DNA of 64,000 bases from Pseudomonadota bacterium (lineage in GTDB: Bacteria > Pseudomonadota > Gammaproteobacteria > Burkholderiales > Methylophilaceae): contig JBEDKJ010000021.1 in assembly GCA_041172285.1 (NCBI GenBank), positions 5,093-69,092 of the forward strand, given 5' to 3'. Made by a program: the position numbers and the translations under genes. This document shows positions 27,917-38,221 of this stretch, one piece after another. Position 1 is the first letter of the stretch, and each line of letters starts with the position of its first letter. The notes below the pieces were generated by a model. That model searched no databases and was not told the DNA's origin. It saw only the letters and a program-made list of their open reading frames with translations.

Positions 27917-29962
27917 TTACATGTGCAATAAAGGCACAATCAGCAAGGCAACGATGTTGATGATTTTGATCAAAGGGTTAACCGCAGGACCGGCCGTGTC
28001 TTTGTATGGGTCACCAACGGTATCGCCTGTTACAGCAGCCTTGTGGGCTTCTGAACCTTTGCCACCGTGATTGCCATCTTCTATGTATTTTTTGGCGTTA
28101 TCCCATGCACCGCCACCGGTACACATGGAGATCGCGACAAATAGACCGGTAACGATGGTACCCATGAGCATGCCACCTAAAGCCACTGGCCCTAATAGCA
28201 AACCAACGGCAACCGGAACAGCGACCGGAAGCAAGGATGGAATCATCATTTCTTTAATGGCGGCCGTGGTCAGTAAATCCACCGCTTTGCCGTATTCTGG
28301 CTTACCGCTGCCATCCATGATGCCTTTGATGTCGCGGAACTGGCGACGCACTTCTTCCACCACGGCACCGGCTGCGCGGCCAACGGCTTCCATCGCCATG
28401 GCAGCAAACAAGAACGGAATCAAACCGCCTATGAATAAGCCAATAATCACCATCGGATCGCTTAGGTCAAATTTAGCCACCATGCCCGCACCTTCTAACT
28501 TGTGCGTGTAGTCGGCGAACAAGACCAATGCAGCCAAACCGGCTGAACCAATCGCATAGCCTTTGGTAACGGCTTTAGTGGTGTTGCCAACCGCATCCAA
28601 TGGGTCGGTCACGTCACGCACGGATTTGGGTAAGCCAGACATTTCTGCAATGCCGCCGGCGTTATCGGTGATGGGACCGTATGCATCCAAGGCCACCACG
28701 ATACCAGCCATGCTTAACATGGAGGTGGCCGCCACAGCCACACCGTACAACCCACCTAGGTGGTATGAAGCAAAAATGGCTAAACACACTGACAGAACTG
28801 GCCATGCCGTGGATTTCATGGAAATACCAATACCGGCAATGATGTTGGTGGCGTGACCGGTGGTGGACGCTTGAGCAATGTGTTTTACCGGGGCGTAATC
28901 GGTGCCGGTGTAATACTCAGTAATCCAAACCAAGGCAGCGGTTAAGATCAAACCAACCGCGCAAGCGCCAAACAGTTGATTGGCAGAAATGGCTAAATCG
29001 CCTGCCATTAAGCCTTCAGGGAACATTTTTGTGGTGACGAAGTAAAACGCCACTAAAGACAAGCCACCTGCTACCGCCAAGCCTTTGTATAAGGCAGGCA
29101 TGACGTTCTTCATGCCAGGAGAAGCTTTAACAAAGAAGCAGCCGATGATGGATGCGACGATGGACACGGCGGCCAACATTAATGGGTAGATGATGCCGTC
29201 TTCGCCTGCACTGGTTAATAGCAAGCCGCCCAAAACCATGGTGGCAATCAAGGTCACGGCGTAAGTTTCAAACAAGTCGGCTGCCATACCAGCGCAATCG
29301 CCCACGTTGTCACCGACGTTATCGGCAATCACGGCCGGGTTGCGCGGGTCGTCTTCGGGAATGCCGGCTTCAACTTTACCCACTAAGTCGGCGCCCACGT
29401 CTGCGCCCTTAGTGAAAATGCCGCCGCCTAAACGGGCGAAGATGGAAATAAGAGAGGAGCCAAATGCCAAGCCTATTAATGGGTTTAAATCCACGGCTTG
29501 CTCGGCGGGCGAGACGGATACCAGGTAGGCATAAAAACCAGCCACGCCCAATAAACCTAAGCCCACGACCAACATACCCGTGATGGCGCCGCCTTTAAAA
29601 GCCACGTCCAACGCCGGCGAGATGCCGCCGGTGGCCGCTTGGGCTGTTCTGACGTTGGCTTTAACCGACACGTTCATGCCTATGAAGCCGCAAGCACCGG
29701 ATAGCGCCGCGCCAATCACAAAGCCAATGGCCGTGGTGGTGCCTAAAAAGAAGCCGATTAAAACGGCCAGGATAATACCGACGACGGTGATGGTTTTGTA
29801 TTGACGAGCTAAATAAGCTGCAGCGCCTTGTTGGATCGCGGCCGCAATTTCTTGCATGCGCGTATTCCCGGCCGGTAAGCCTGAAATCCATTTGCTCATT
29901 ACTAGGCCGTACAGGACTGCTAACAACGCAGCACCGATGGCTACCATTAGTGAAACTGACAT
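27917..29962 (-). CDS. hppA: Membrane-bound ion-translocating pyrophosphatase, K+-independent H+-PPase signature
   Basis: [61 protein letters not shown]. Confidence 0.96.
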   Translation of the reverse strand: MSVSLMVAIGAALLAVLYGLVMSKWISGLPAGNTRMQEIAAAIQQGAAAYLARQYKTITVVGIILAVLIGFFLGTTTAIGFVIGAALSGACGFIGMNVSVKANVRTAQAATGGISPALDVAFKGGAITGMLVVGLGLLGVAGFYAYLVSVSPAEQAVDLNPLIGLAFGSSLISIFARLGGGIFTKGADVGADLVGKVEAGIPEDDPRNPAVIADNVGDNVGDCAGMAADLFETYAVTLIATMVLGGLLLTSAGEDGIIYPLMLAAVSIVASIIGCFFVKASPGMKNVMPALYKGLAVAGGLSLVAFYFVTTKMFPEGLMAGDLAISANQLFGACAVGLILTAALVWITEYYTGTDYAPVKHIAQASTTGHATNIIAGIGISMKSTAWPVLSVCLAIFASYHLGGLYGVAVAATSMLSMAGIVVALDAYGPITDNAGGIAEMSGLPKSVRDVTDPLDAVGNTTKAVTKGYAIGSAGLAALVLFADYTHKLEGAGMVAKFDLSDPMVIIGLFIGGLIPFLFAAMAMEAVGRAAGAVVEEVRRQFRDIKGIMDGSGKPEYGKAVDLLTTAAIKEMMIPSLLPVAVPVAVGLLLGPVALGGMLMGTIVTGLFVAISMCTGGGAWDNAKKYIEDGNHGGKGSEAHKAAVTGDTVGDPYKDTAGPAVNPLIKIINIVALLIVPLLHM

Positions 29963-30042
29963 GACTTCTCCCTATCTAAAATTTTTATAAATTACGTGAG
30001 TATTAAACTGCGTTTAAAACGTTAAAAATAAAACTAGTACGA

Positions 30043-30087
30043 ATTGAGACACCGGGAGTGCGTGTGCTGCACCCCTTTGAAACCAAT
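30043..30087 (-). promoter_or_regulatory. Candidate riboswitch aptamer (Na+-I/DUF1646-like) in the hppA 5' leader
   Basis: Minus strand ATTGG-TTTCAAA-GGGGTGC-AGCACAC-GCACTCC-CGGTGTC-TCAAT: two stems around an internal loop. Family assignment is from memory of the motif. Confidence 0.55.
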
Positions 30088-30267
30088 GCAAGTGTTACGA
30101 ATAATCTGCCGCTACGCATGTATCGCTACATGTAAGTAATTTGTAACAGCGGTTCATTATTACACTAATAAGCGCACGCAACAACCTCTTTTGGCTGGCC
30201 TGAAAATGGCCGGTGTAGCAGGCGTTTTTTAAGAACGAGGAGGCCCGAAAAAAACCGGACGATGGCA

Positions 30268-30684
30268 TTAATTGACTTTGCTGGCTAGCCTGGCTAAGGC
30301 GTCACCAAGGTCGGTGCCGCTCAGTTTTTTTGCCAAACCATCAAGCTCGTTTGCCGCTTGCCGACTCAGCTTTTTAATGGCTTTGGGCTGGGCTTGCGGG
30401 CTAGATTTTACTTGCACTTTCACTCGAATTGCAGTAACTTCACACCCTTGCTTTTCTAGCTGAATCAACAAGCTAGGAATGCAAAGTTTGATTTTGGCAG
30501 CGACCGCATTGTTGTTGGCATACAGGTTTAACTGTTGATTTTTTATGCTGCTAGCGTGGCTCAACTGGCCTAAGTTTCCCGGGGCAATCGATAACCAGAT
30601 TTTTTGCGCAGCGAGGGTTTCCTTGCTGTGCGCAGCCAAACCCTTTAATTCCGGCTGATTGAGCAGTGCATTAAATTGGCGCAT
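30268..30684 (-). CDS. DciA (DUF721) family replicative helicase loader
   Basis: AVAAKIK, IRVKVQ, LGDALARLA; usual position divergent from the M23-secA unit. Confidence 0.75.
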   Translation of the reverse strand: MRQFNALLNQPELKGLAAHSKETLAAQKIWLSIAPGNLGQLSHASSIKNQQLNLYANNNAVAAKIKLCIPSLLIQLEKQGCEVTAIRVKVQVKSSPQAQPKAIKKLSRQAANELDGLAKKLSGTDLGDALARLASKVN

Positions 30685-30722
30685 GGGTGCCGGTCGGGTA
30701 AGTTCGGGTAAATGGAAGTGCG

Positions 30723-31643
30723 ATGAACATCATTTTTATCTCAAATAGTATGGCAAAAGCAAAAACGCTCTCGGTGTTTCAGGTGAGCGCGATTGTGTTG
30801 GCCTTGCTGGTGTTGCCGGTGTTGCTAACCTTGGTATTGATTGTGCCACAGGATGCGCCGGCACAACAGGGGGTGAAATCCTCTAAACTTCGTTTTTCTT
30901 TCAACATAGGCGACCCACAAAAGCACTTGGATGCGTATGCGGTGCAGATGGGTGAATTGCAAGCGCGCATCATGCGCTTGGATGCGCAAAGCGAACGTTT
31001 AGCAAAATTGGCCGGCGAAAAAAAAGCCGCCGCACCCCTCACTAAATCCAATGCCCCCAGTCTGAATGCGCCGGTGAATAAATCGGCAGCGGCCAATCGC
31101 GGTGGCCCCTTGGTCTTGAGCAGCCCTTACACCGAGTTGGATTTACAAAAACACATTGCCGAACTGACCGCCAGAGTCGAGTTCGAAACCGAATACTTAA
31201 GCGAATTGGAAGCGACCCTGTTGCAACAAAGCATGCTCAAAGGCGTGCTGCCTAACAGTAGCCCAATACGCGCGGCGTTTAATTCATCCAGCTACGGTTG
31301 GCGTATCGATCCCTTTAACGGCAATAAAGCCTTCCATGAAGGTTTGGATTTTTCTGCCAATGCCGGCGCCCCTATCTTTGCTGCAGCCGGCGGCATCGTG
31401 TCGGCCGCGGAAACCATGCCCGATTATGGTAAAATTGTTATCGTGTCGCATGGCTCTGGCCTGGAAACCCGCTATGCCCATACTGCCAAAATACTGGTTA
31501 AGGTGGGTGAACGGGTTGAAAAGGGCCAAGTGCTGGCGCTGGTTGGCAACACCGGCCGTTCCACTGGGCCGCATTTGCACTATGAAATCAGGTTAAACGG
31601 CAATGCCTTGGACCCAAGAAAATACCTGAATGCCAGGAATTAA
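30723..31643 (+). CDS. M23 family metallopeptidase
   Basis: N-terminal TM and coiled coil; HEGLDF, YAH, GRSTGPHLHYE; upstream of secA. Confidence 0.92.
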   Translation: MNIIFISNSMAKAKTLSVFQVSAIVLALLVLPVLLTLVLIVPQDAPAQQGVKSSKLRFSFNIGDPQKHLDAYAVQMGELQARIMRLDAQSERLAKLAGEKKAAAPLTKSNAPSLNAPVNKSAAANRGGPLVLSSPYTELDLQKHIAELTARVEFETEYLSELEATLLQQSMLKGVLPNSSPIRAAFNSSSYGWRIDPFNGNKAFHEGLDFSANAGAPIFAAAGGIVSAAETMPDYGKIVIVSHGSGLETRYAHTAKILVKVGERVEKGQVLALVGNTGRSTGPHLHYEIRLNGNALDPRKYLNARN

Positions 31644-31734
31644 TTTAAGAAAAAACAGCCCTAGGGCTGAATACTAAAACCCTCTACATTACTTATTACG
31701 TTTTTTATCCTCTAAGCGGAAAGCCCCTCACTTC

Positions 31735-34452
31735 ATGATTTCATCGTTGTTTAAAAGAATATTCGGTAGCCGTAACGACAGACTGGTTAAGCAGTATGCG
31801 CAAAAAGTACTCAGCATTAATGCCATGGAACCGGCCATGCAAGCTTTGTCTGACGAGGCGTTAAAAGCCAAGACGGAAGAATTTAAGCAACGCCATGCCA
31901 ATGGTGAAACCTTAGACCAGTTATTGCCTGAGGCATTTGCCGTGGTGCGTGAAGCCGGTAAGCGGGTATTGGGCATGCGCCATTTTGACGTGCAGCTGAT
32001 AGGCGGCATGGTGTTAAACGCAGGCAAGATAGGCGAGATGCGCACCGGTGAGGGTAAGACCTTGGTCGCGACTTTACCGGTCTACCTAAACGCCTTAACC
32101 GGTAAAGGCGTGCACGTGGTAACGGTCAACGATTACCTGGCTAAGCGTGATGCCGAGTGGATGGGTAAACTGTATAACTTTTTGGGTTTAAGCATAGGCA
32201 TTAACTTGTCGCAAATGCCCAACGAAGCCAAACGGGCGGCTTACGCGGCCGACATCACTTACGGCACCAATAACGAATACGGTTTTGACTACTTGCGTGA
32301 CAACATGGTGCACAGCCGCGAAGAGCGCGTGCAGCGTGGTTTGAGTTATGCTTTGATAGACGAGGTCGACTCCATCCTTATCGACGAGGCGCGTACGCCC
32401 CTGATTATTTCTGGCCAAGCCGATGACAGCATTGCCTTGTACAGCCAAATCAATTCTGTGGCGGCCAAGCTAATTGCGCAAACCGAAGAAGAGGGCGCAG
32501 GCGATTTCTGGGTGGATGAAAAAAACCAAAGCGTCACCCTGTCCGAACAAGGCCATGAGCACGCGGAAGCCTTGTTGGCTGAGTCCGGCATGTTACCTGA
32601 GGGGTCTAGCCTCTATGAAGCGGCCAACATCACCTTGGTGCACCACTTGTACGCTTCCTTGCGCGCCCGCAATCTTTACCACCGCGATCAACATTACGTG
32701 GTCCGCGATGGCGAAGTGACCATCGTCGATGAGATCAATGGCCGCATGATGCCAGGCCGCCGTTGGTCTGACGGTTTGCACCAAGCGGTGGAAGCCAAAG
32801 AAGGCGTGGAGATTCAAAAGGAAAACCAAACGCTGGCCTCGATTACTTTCCAAAACTACTTCCGTATGTATGCCAAGTTGTCCGGTATGACCGGCACGGC
32901 CGATACCGAGGCTTACGAATTCAATCAAATTTACAACCTAGAAACCGTGGTGATTCCAACCCACCGTCCTATGTTACGTAAAGACAACATGGATAAAGTC
33001 TACCGCACGTCCAGAGAAAAATACGCGGCGGTGATTTTAGACATTAAAGACTGTCAAAGCCGCGGTCAGCCGGTATTGGTGGGCACCACCTCTATCGAAA
33101 ATTCCGAGCTGATCTCCAACTTATTGAACGCCGAAAAACTGGAACACCAAGTGTTGAACGCCAAGCAACACGAGCGCGAAGCGCACGTGATTGCTCAAGC
33201 CGGTCGCCCTGGGGTGATTACCATCGCTACCAACATGGCCGGTCGTGGAACCGACATTGTGTTAGGCGGCAACCCAGAAACCGACATAGAAAAAGTTAAA
33301 GCAGACGGCAAATTGTCCGAGGCGCAAAAAACCGCTGCCATAGACAAACTCAAAGCCGAGTGGCAAGCGCGCCACGATGCTGTGCTGGCAGCCGGCGGTT
33401 TGCACATTGCCGGTACCGAGCGCCACGAGTCACGTCGTGTCGACAACCAATTGCGCGGCCGTTCGGGTCGTCAAGGCGATAGCGGTTCTAGCCGATTCTA
33501 TTTGTCCCTAGAAGACCAGTTGCTGCGCATTTTTGCATCCGATCGCGTGTCGGCCATCATGGAAAAACTCAATATGCCGGACGGCGAGGCCATAGAGCAC
33601 CCATGGGTGACGCGTGCCATAGAAAATGCCCAACGCAAAGTAGAGGGCCGTAACTTCGACATCCGTAAACAGTTGCTGGAATACGATGACGTGGCCAACG
33701 ATCAGCGCAAGGTTATCTACGAGCAACGCAACGAATTATTGGAAGCGGCGGACGTGGGCGAGACCATATTGGCCATGCGTGAAGACGTGTTGGTCAGCAT
33801 GATGGCCACGTACATTCCCCCTGATAGCGTGGAAGAACTATGGGATGTGCCTGGCTTGGAGCGCGAGTTAAAAGCAGAAACCGGCTTGGATATCCCCTTG
33901 CAAAAAATGCTGGAAGACAACCCGGATTTGCACGAAGAAACCTTGCGTGAGCGCATACTCGATGCGGCCAACAGTGCCTATGCCGCCAAGGAAGACTTGG
34001 CCAGTGCCGACATCATGCGTCAATTTGAGCGTTCGGTGATGTTACAAAGCTTGGACAACCATTGGCGTGAGCATTTGGCGGCGCTGGATCATTTGCGCCA
34101 AGGCATACATTTGCGTTCTTATGCCCAGAAAAATCCTAAGCAAGAATACAAACGCGAAGCCTTTGAGTTGTTTGAGGGCTTACTCAATGCGGTGAAAAGT
34201 GAAGTGACCAAAGTGACCATGTTGGTGCAGGTTAAAAACGAAGCCGACGTGGAAGCCGTGGAAAAACCACTGGAAGTGGAAAACCTGCAATACCAACACG
34301 CCGACTACGACGAGGCTTTAGCGAACCCAGCGGATAGCGCGCCCATAGGCGAACAACCGCAAGTGCGCGCAGGCATTAAAGTGGGCCGTAATGACCCGTG
34401 CCCATGCGGTTCGGGCAAGAAATTCAAACAATGCCACGGCGTATTGAATTAA
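31735..34452 (+). CDS. secA: Preprotein translocase ATPase SecA
   Basis: [37 protein letters not shown] motif [19 protein letters not shown]. Confidence 0.99.
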   Translation: MISSLFKRIFGSRNDRLVKQYAQKVLSINAMEPAMQALSDEALKAKTEEFKQRHANGETLDQLLPEAFAVVREAGKRVLGMRHFDVQLIGGMVLNAGKIGEMRTGEGKTLVATLPVYLNALTGKGVHVVTVNDYLAKRDAEWMGKLYNFLGLSIGINLSQMPNEAKRAAYAADITYGTNNEYGFDYLRDNMVHSREERVQRGLSYALIDEVDSILIDEARTPLIISGQADDSIALYSQINSVAAKLIAQTEEEGAGDFWVDEKNQSVTLSEQGHEHAEALLAESGMLPEGSSLYEAANITLVHHLYASLRARNLYHRDQHYVVRDGEVTIVDEINGRMMPGRRWSDGLHQAVEAKEGVEIQKENQTLASITFQNYFRMYAKLSGMTGTADTEAYEFNQIYNLETVVIPTHRPMLRKDNMDKVYRTSREKYAAVILDIKDCQSRGQPVLVGTTSIENSELISNLLNAEKLEHQVLNAKQHEREAHVIAQAGRPGVITIATNMAGRGTDIVLGGNPETDIEKVKADGKLSEAQKTAAIDKLKAEWQARHDAVLAAGGLHIAGTERHESRRVDNQLRGRSGRQGDSGSSRFYLSLEDQLLRIFASDRVSAIMEKLNMPDGEAIEHPWVTRAIENAQRKVEGRNFDIRKQLLEYDDVANDQRKVIYEQRNELLEAADVGETILAMREDVLVSMMATYIPPDSVEELWDVPGLERELKAETGLDIPLQKMLEDNPDLHEETLRERILDAANSAYAAKEDLASADIMRQFERSVMLQSLDNHWREHLAALDHLRQGIHLRSYAQKNPKQEYKREAFELFEGLLNAVKSEVTKVTMLVQVKNEADVEAVEKPLEVENLQYQHADYDEALANPADSAPIGEQPQVRAGIKVGRNDPCPCGSGKKFKQCHGVLN

Positions 34453-34468
34453 CTTTGCAGACTTTAAT

Positions 34469-34672
34469 ATGACTGATACCGCTGTTAATAACGCACCCGC
34501 ATCCCCTTGCATAGGCGTGTGCGCCATAGATGAATCCAACGGATTTTGCCTAGGCTGCTACCGCAGCTTGGATGAAATCAAAGGCTGGTGGGACATGACG
34601 GCCGCGCAGCAAACGGCTTTAGTCAATGAGTTGGCAGACAGGCAAACGCAATTAGCCAATTTTGATGATTAA
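34469..34672 (+). CDS. DUF1289 family small Cys-rich protein
   Basis: SPCIGVC...CLGCYRSLDEI..W. Confidence 0.85.
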   Translation: MTDTAVNNAPASPCIGVCAIDESNGFCLGCYRSLDEIKGWWDMTAAQQTALVNELADRQTQLANFDD

Positions 34673-34710
34673 GCGCTAGGCAAGTAGCGTTTGATCAAGA
34701 CCCACCAAAC

Positions 34711-34739
34711 AAAAAGCCGGCATACTAGCCGGCTTTTTT
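34711..34739. terminator. Bidirectional Rho-independent terminator
   Basis: AAAAAGCCGGC-ATACTA-GCCGGCTTTTTT between the convergent secA and rnf-nth units. Confidence 0.85.
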
Positions 34740-34755
34740 ATTTTGTTAGTAAAGC

Positions 34756-35193
34756 TTAAGCCTGCACTTTTTGTTGCAGCAATTGCAGGTAATGCACGCC
34801 ATCCGGGCCTGCGTTATCGCGTTGGGCTTGCCAAAGGGTCTCGGCCAAGCAATCCATCACATCGTGGTAAGCCAAGTGCGCGTCAGCGTGTTTTTCTCGT
34901 AATGCACCATACATAGCCTTGATGCCGGCGGGTTGGTCTATGCTGATTTGCTCTATCACCGATAGGTGCAAGCTGATGTGTAAAAACGGATTGGTTACGC
35001 CCATTTCTGGGAAATAAGCTTGCTGCAAATACTGCTCGGGTGCGTTAAAAATCGCTTGGTATTCCGGGTGCATTTGCAAGACTTCCACGGCAATTTTTTC
35101 TAGGTCGGTGAGCACCGCCGCTTGCTTGAATTTGGCCCACGCATCAAATAAAAATTGCCTGGCTTGGTCACGACTGGGGTTGTATAAACTCAT
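34756..35193 (-). CDS. DUF1841 family protein
   Basis: NPSRDQARQF, HPEY, NPFLHISLHLS, EQISIDQP; usual neighbour of nth. Confidence 0.85.
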   Translation of the reverse strand: MSLYNPSRDQARQFLFDAWAKFKQAAVLTDLEKIAVEVLQMHPEYQAIFNAPEQYLQQAYFPEMGVTNPFLHISLHLSVIEQISIDQPAGIKAMYGALREKHADAHLAYHDVMDCLAETLWQAQRDNAGPDGVHYLQLLQQKVQA

Positions 35194-35199
35194 GGTTTT

Positions 35200-35835
35200 C
35201 TAGTGGTATTCTTTGGCGTTAAATTCGCATAAATCGGCGATACAGCATTGCGCGCATTTGGGCTTGCGGGCCACGCAGGTGTAGCGGCCGTGCAATATTA
35301 GTAAATGGTGGGCATCCTGCAGGTAAGCGGCCGGGATGGTTTTAAGGTATTTCTTTTCCACTTCCAACACGGTTTTACCGGTCGCCAGTTTAATGCGATT
35401 GCCCAAGCGAAATAAATGCGTGTCGACGGCGATGGTCGGCATGCCAAAAGCGGTATTCAGTATGACGTTAGCGGTTTTGCGGCCGACGCCAGGTAGGCGT
35501 TCTAAGGCTGCTCTGGTATTGGGCACTTGCGATTGGTGCTCGTTGATTAAAATTTGGCAGGTGGCCAAGATGTTCTTGGCTTTGGCGTGGTACAAGCCTA
35601 TGCGGTTGACGTAAGATTCCAAGCCGTCTAAACCCAAGGCCAATATACTGGCGGGCGTGTTGGCCACCGCAAACAACTTGTCTGTGACGATGTTCACGCC
35701 TTTGTCGGTGGCTTGCGCCGACAGAATGACCGCGATCAACAATTCAAAGGTGCTGCTGTATTTGAGTTCGGTGGACGGATTGGGTATGGCCGCACTTAAG
35801 CGCCTAAATATTTCATGGCGTTTTTCGGCATTCAT
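35200..35835 (-). CDS. nth: Endonuclease III
   Basis: LSAQATD, HhH LPGVGRKTANV, AVDTH, Fe-S motif C-x6-C-x2-C-x5-C. Confidence 0.97.
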   Translation of the reverse strand: MNAEKRHEIFRRLSAAIPNPSTELKYSSTFELLIAVILSAQATDKGVNIVTDKLFAVANTPASILALGLDGLESYVNRIGLYHAKAKNILATCQILINEHQSQVPNTRAALERLPGVGRKTANVILNTAFGMPTIAVDTHLFRLGNRIKLATGKTVLEVEKKYLKTIPAAYLQDAHHLLILHGRYTCVARKPKCAQCCIADLCEFNAKEYH

Positions 35836-35869
35836 GGCACATGGACCAGTTTTTTTAAGACAGGCTGAG

Positions 35870-36553
35870 CTAGTGGCCGACGGCTGACAGCGGGCTAGTG
35901 ACGCCGGTGGGTTGCTTGGCGGCTTTGCGCATTTCTATCCAATTGCGCAAGGCGATTAAGCTGCCCAAGCCTAAGAATGCACCCGGTGGCAACACCGCTA
36001 GCAAGAAGCCGTGGTAATCGACACTGGTCCACATGAAAGCGTGGGCGCTTGGGCCCAAGACTAAATCCAGCCCAGACAGCACGGTGCCTTTTCCTACTAA
36101 TTCGCGTATGGCACCCAATAAACCCAATACCAGCATTAGGCCTGATCCCATCATGAAGCCATCTAACATAGACGGTAAGGTAGGATTTTTAGCCGCAAAG
36201 GATTCTACCCTAGCCAGCACGATGCAATTGACCACGATGAGTGGGATAAAGATGCCCAATACCTTATGCAGTTCATGGGCGTAGGCGTTGATCGATAGAT
36301 CAATGACGGTTACTAAGGCGGCAATAACCAAGATGAATACCGGCACACGAATTTCATTGGGCACAAACTGGCGCACCGGGGACACGGAGCCATTAGCCGC
36401 CGCCATCACCAATGCCGTTGCAAAACCCAAGCTTAAACCGTTGACGGCGCTGGTGGTGACGGCGAGAGTTGGGCATAGACCTAATAGTTGGACTACGCCT
36501 GAATTTTGCTTCCACAAGCCGTTTACGGTGATTTCTTTGTAGAGGTTGGTCAT
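35870..36553 (-). CDS. rnfE: Rnf/Rsx complex subunit E
   Basis: LLGLCPTLAVT, GIFIPLIVVNC, LPPGAF. Confidence 0.95.
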   Translation of the reverse strand: MTNLYKEITVNGLWKQNSGVVQLLGLCPTLAVTTSAVNGLSLGFATALVMAAANGSVSPVRQFVPNEIRVPVFILVIAALVTVIDLSINAYAHELHKVLGIFIPLIVVNCIVLARVESFAAKNPTLPSMLDGFMMGSGLMLVLGLLGAIRELVGKGTVLSGLDLVLGPSAHAFMWTSVDYHGFLLAVLPPGAFLGLGSLIALRNWIEMRKAAKQPTGVTSPLSAVGH

Positions 36554-36565
36554 AATAATCCTAAG

Positions 36566-37198
36566 TTATTGGGCGTTTTTCGCAAATAACGTTTGTTTAT
36601 TCATCTCAAAATACTGCAGTGCTTTTAGTACGGCTTTCACGACCGCGCGAGGCGTGATGGTGGCGCCCACCATGTAGTCGTATTGGCCGCCGTCTTTTTT
36701 CACTTGCCACTTATTGACTGGCGTTTTTTGCAAGGATTCATCATTAAATAGCTTAATCCAGTTGCCGTGCGCGATGTCTATGTAATCGCCCAAGCCGGGG
36801 GTTTCTTTGTGTGCCAACACGCGCACGCCGCTGACTGAGCCATCGGCGCGTATGGCGATCAGCAGCTTGATGTCGCCGCTGTAGCCGTCGTGTGCCACGG
36901 CTTCCAGTATGACTCCGGCCGGCTGCTGTTGAAAAGTAGCGACATTGGCTACGCTAGGCAAGCGGTTGCCCAATAAGTCGTTAGGTTCTATGACCACCTG
37001 GCTGGACAATAAATCGTTATCGTAATTTTTTGCCGGCAAAATTTGCTTAAATAGCGCCAACCTGGCTTCTTTTTCGCTGGCTTCTATGGGCGGTCGTGTG
37101 GCAATAAACACGTAGGCGAGCATCAAGGTGCCGACAAAGGCAAAGGCCAACATGGCGATGGCGGTTTTTAGCGCATGTTTAATTATATTGCTCGCCAT
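36566..37198 (-). CDS. rnfG: Rnf/Rsx complex subunit G
   Basis: DGYSGDI, HKETPGLGD, FMN site GATIT. Confidence 0.95.
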   Translation of the reverse strand: MASNIIKHALKTAIAMLAFAFVGTLMLAYVFIATRPPIEASEKEARLALFKQILPAKNYDNDLLSSQVVIEPNDLLGNRLPSVANVATFQQQPAGVILEAVAHDGYSGDIKLLIAIRADGSVSGVRVLAHKETPGLGDYIDIAHGNWIKLFNDESLQKTPVNKWQVKKDGGQYDYMVGATITPRAVVKAVLKALQYFEMNKQTLFAKNAQ

Positions 37199-37199
37199 G

Positions 37200-38219
37200 T
37201 TATTTCTCGTGGCCAAACACGCGCGGTTGGGTGAGTGAGTCTATGAGCGGTACGCACATATTCATGATCAGTACAGAAAAAGCCACGCCGTCCGGGTAGC
37301 CGCCGTAAACGCGAATTAAATAAGTCAAGACGCCTACGCCGCCAGCAAAATAAAGCTTGCCTTTGGGCGTGGTGGGGCCGCTGACTGGGTCGGTGATGAT
37401 GAAAAAAGCACACAATAAAGAAGCGCCACTGACGATGTGGAATGCCGGATTGGCATAGTGGCTAGGATCCATCAAGTAGAAGGCGCCAGCCATGCCGCTT
37501 AAAGCCACTAAAAAAGCCGTGGGCAAATGCCAACTGATAATGCGCTGTTGCCATAAATACAGCCCACCCAATAAATAGCCGGCCGTCACCCATTCTTGAC
37601 CTTGCCCACCAAAATGCCCAAAGATAGGCGCTTGGCTAATGCTCGCCACGTCTTTGTTCAGCATCAGTTGGGTTTTTAAGTAGTCCAGTGGGGTGGCCGA
37701 ACTGATGGCATCCACAGTCACGGAGGCCGGCAGGGTTTGCTGGAAGATAAAGCTTAATTGCTCAGACCAGCTTAAGGGTTGATCGGCCAGTGCTAGCGGC
37801 GCTGGCCATTTGGTCATGATCAGTGGAAAGGAAATCAGCAATACGGCGTAGCCGACCATGGCTGGGTTAAAGGGGTTGTAGCCTAAGCCGCCGTAAAGTT
37901 GTTTGGCAATAACAATGGCAAAAAATGTGGCGACCACCACCAGCCACCAAGGCGCTAAGGCAGGCAGGGACAGCGCTAGCAACCAGGCCGTGACGACGGC
38001 GCTGAGATCCATTAAGTAGGGTTGGATGGGTCGTTGACGCAGTTTTAGCAAGGCCGCTTCGGTCACCAAGGCGGTGCTGGTAGCCAAGACCAAGGACACC
38101 AAAATGCCGGCGCCATAAACGTAAGTGTAAGCCGCGATGCCTGGTACCAAGGCCAGCAAAACCTTAAACATAATGGTGCTGACGGTGGGCGCATTACTGA
38201 TGTAGGGTGAACGGTTCAT
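37200..38219 (-). CDS. rnfD: Rnf/Rsx complex subunit D
   Basis: KQLYGGLGYNPFNPA, FMN site SATPL, TDPVS, GGYPDG. Confidence 0.95.
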   Translation of the reverse strand: MNRSPYISNAPTVSTIMFKVLLALVPGIAAYTYVYGAGILVSLVLATSTALVTEAALLKLRQRPIQPYLMDLSAVVTAWLLALSLPALAPWWLVVVATFFAIVIAKQLYGGLGYNPFNPAMVGYAVLLISFPLIMTKWPAPLALADQPLSWSEQLSFIFQQTLPASVTVDAISSATPLDYLKTQLMLNKDVASISQAPIFGHFGGQGQEWVTAGYLLGGLYLWQQRIISWHLPTAFLVALSGMAGAFYLMDPSHYANPAFHIVSGASLLCAFFIITDPVSGPTTPKGKLYFAGGVGVLTYLIRVYGGYPDGVAFSVLIMNMCVPLIDSLTQPRVFGHEK

Positions 38220-38221
38220 TT

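Noticed and set aside
30060-30082. AAAGGGGTGCAGC resembling the 5' end of a yybP-ykoY Mn2+ riboswitch
   Set aside because: The downstream four-way junction and GAGACC-type 3' strand are absent, and a simple two-stem fold fits better.
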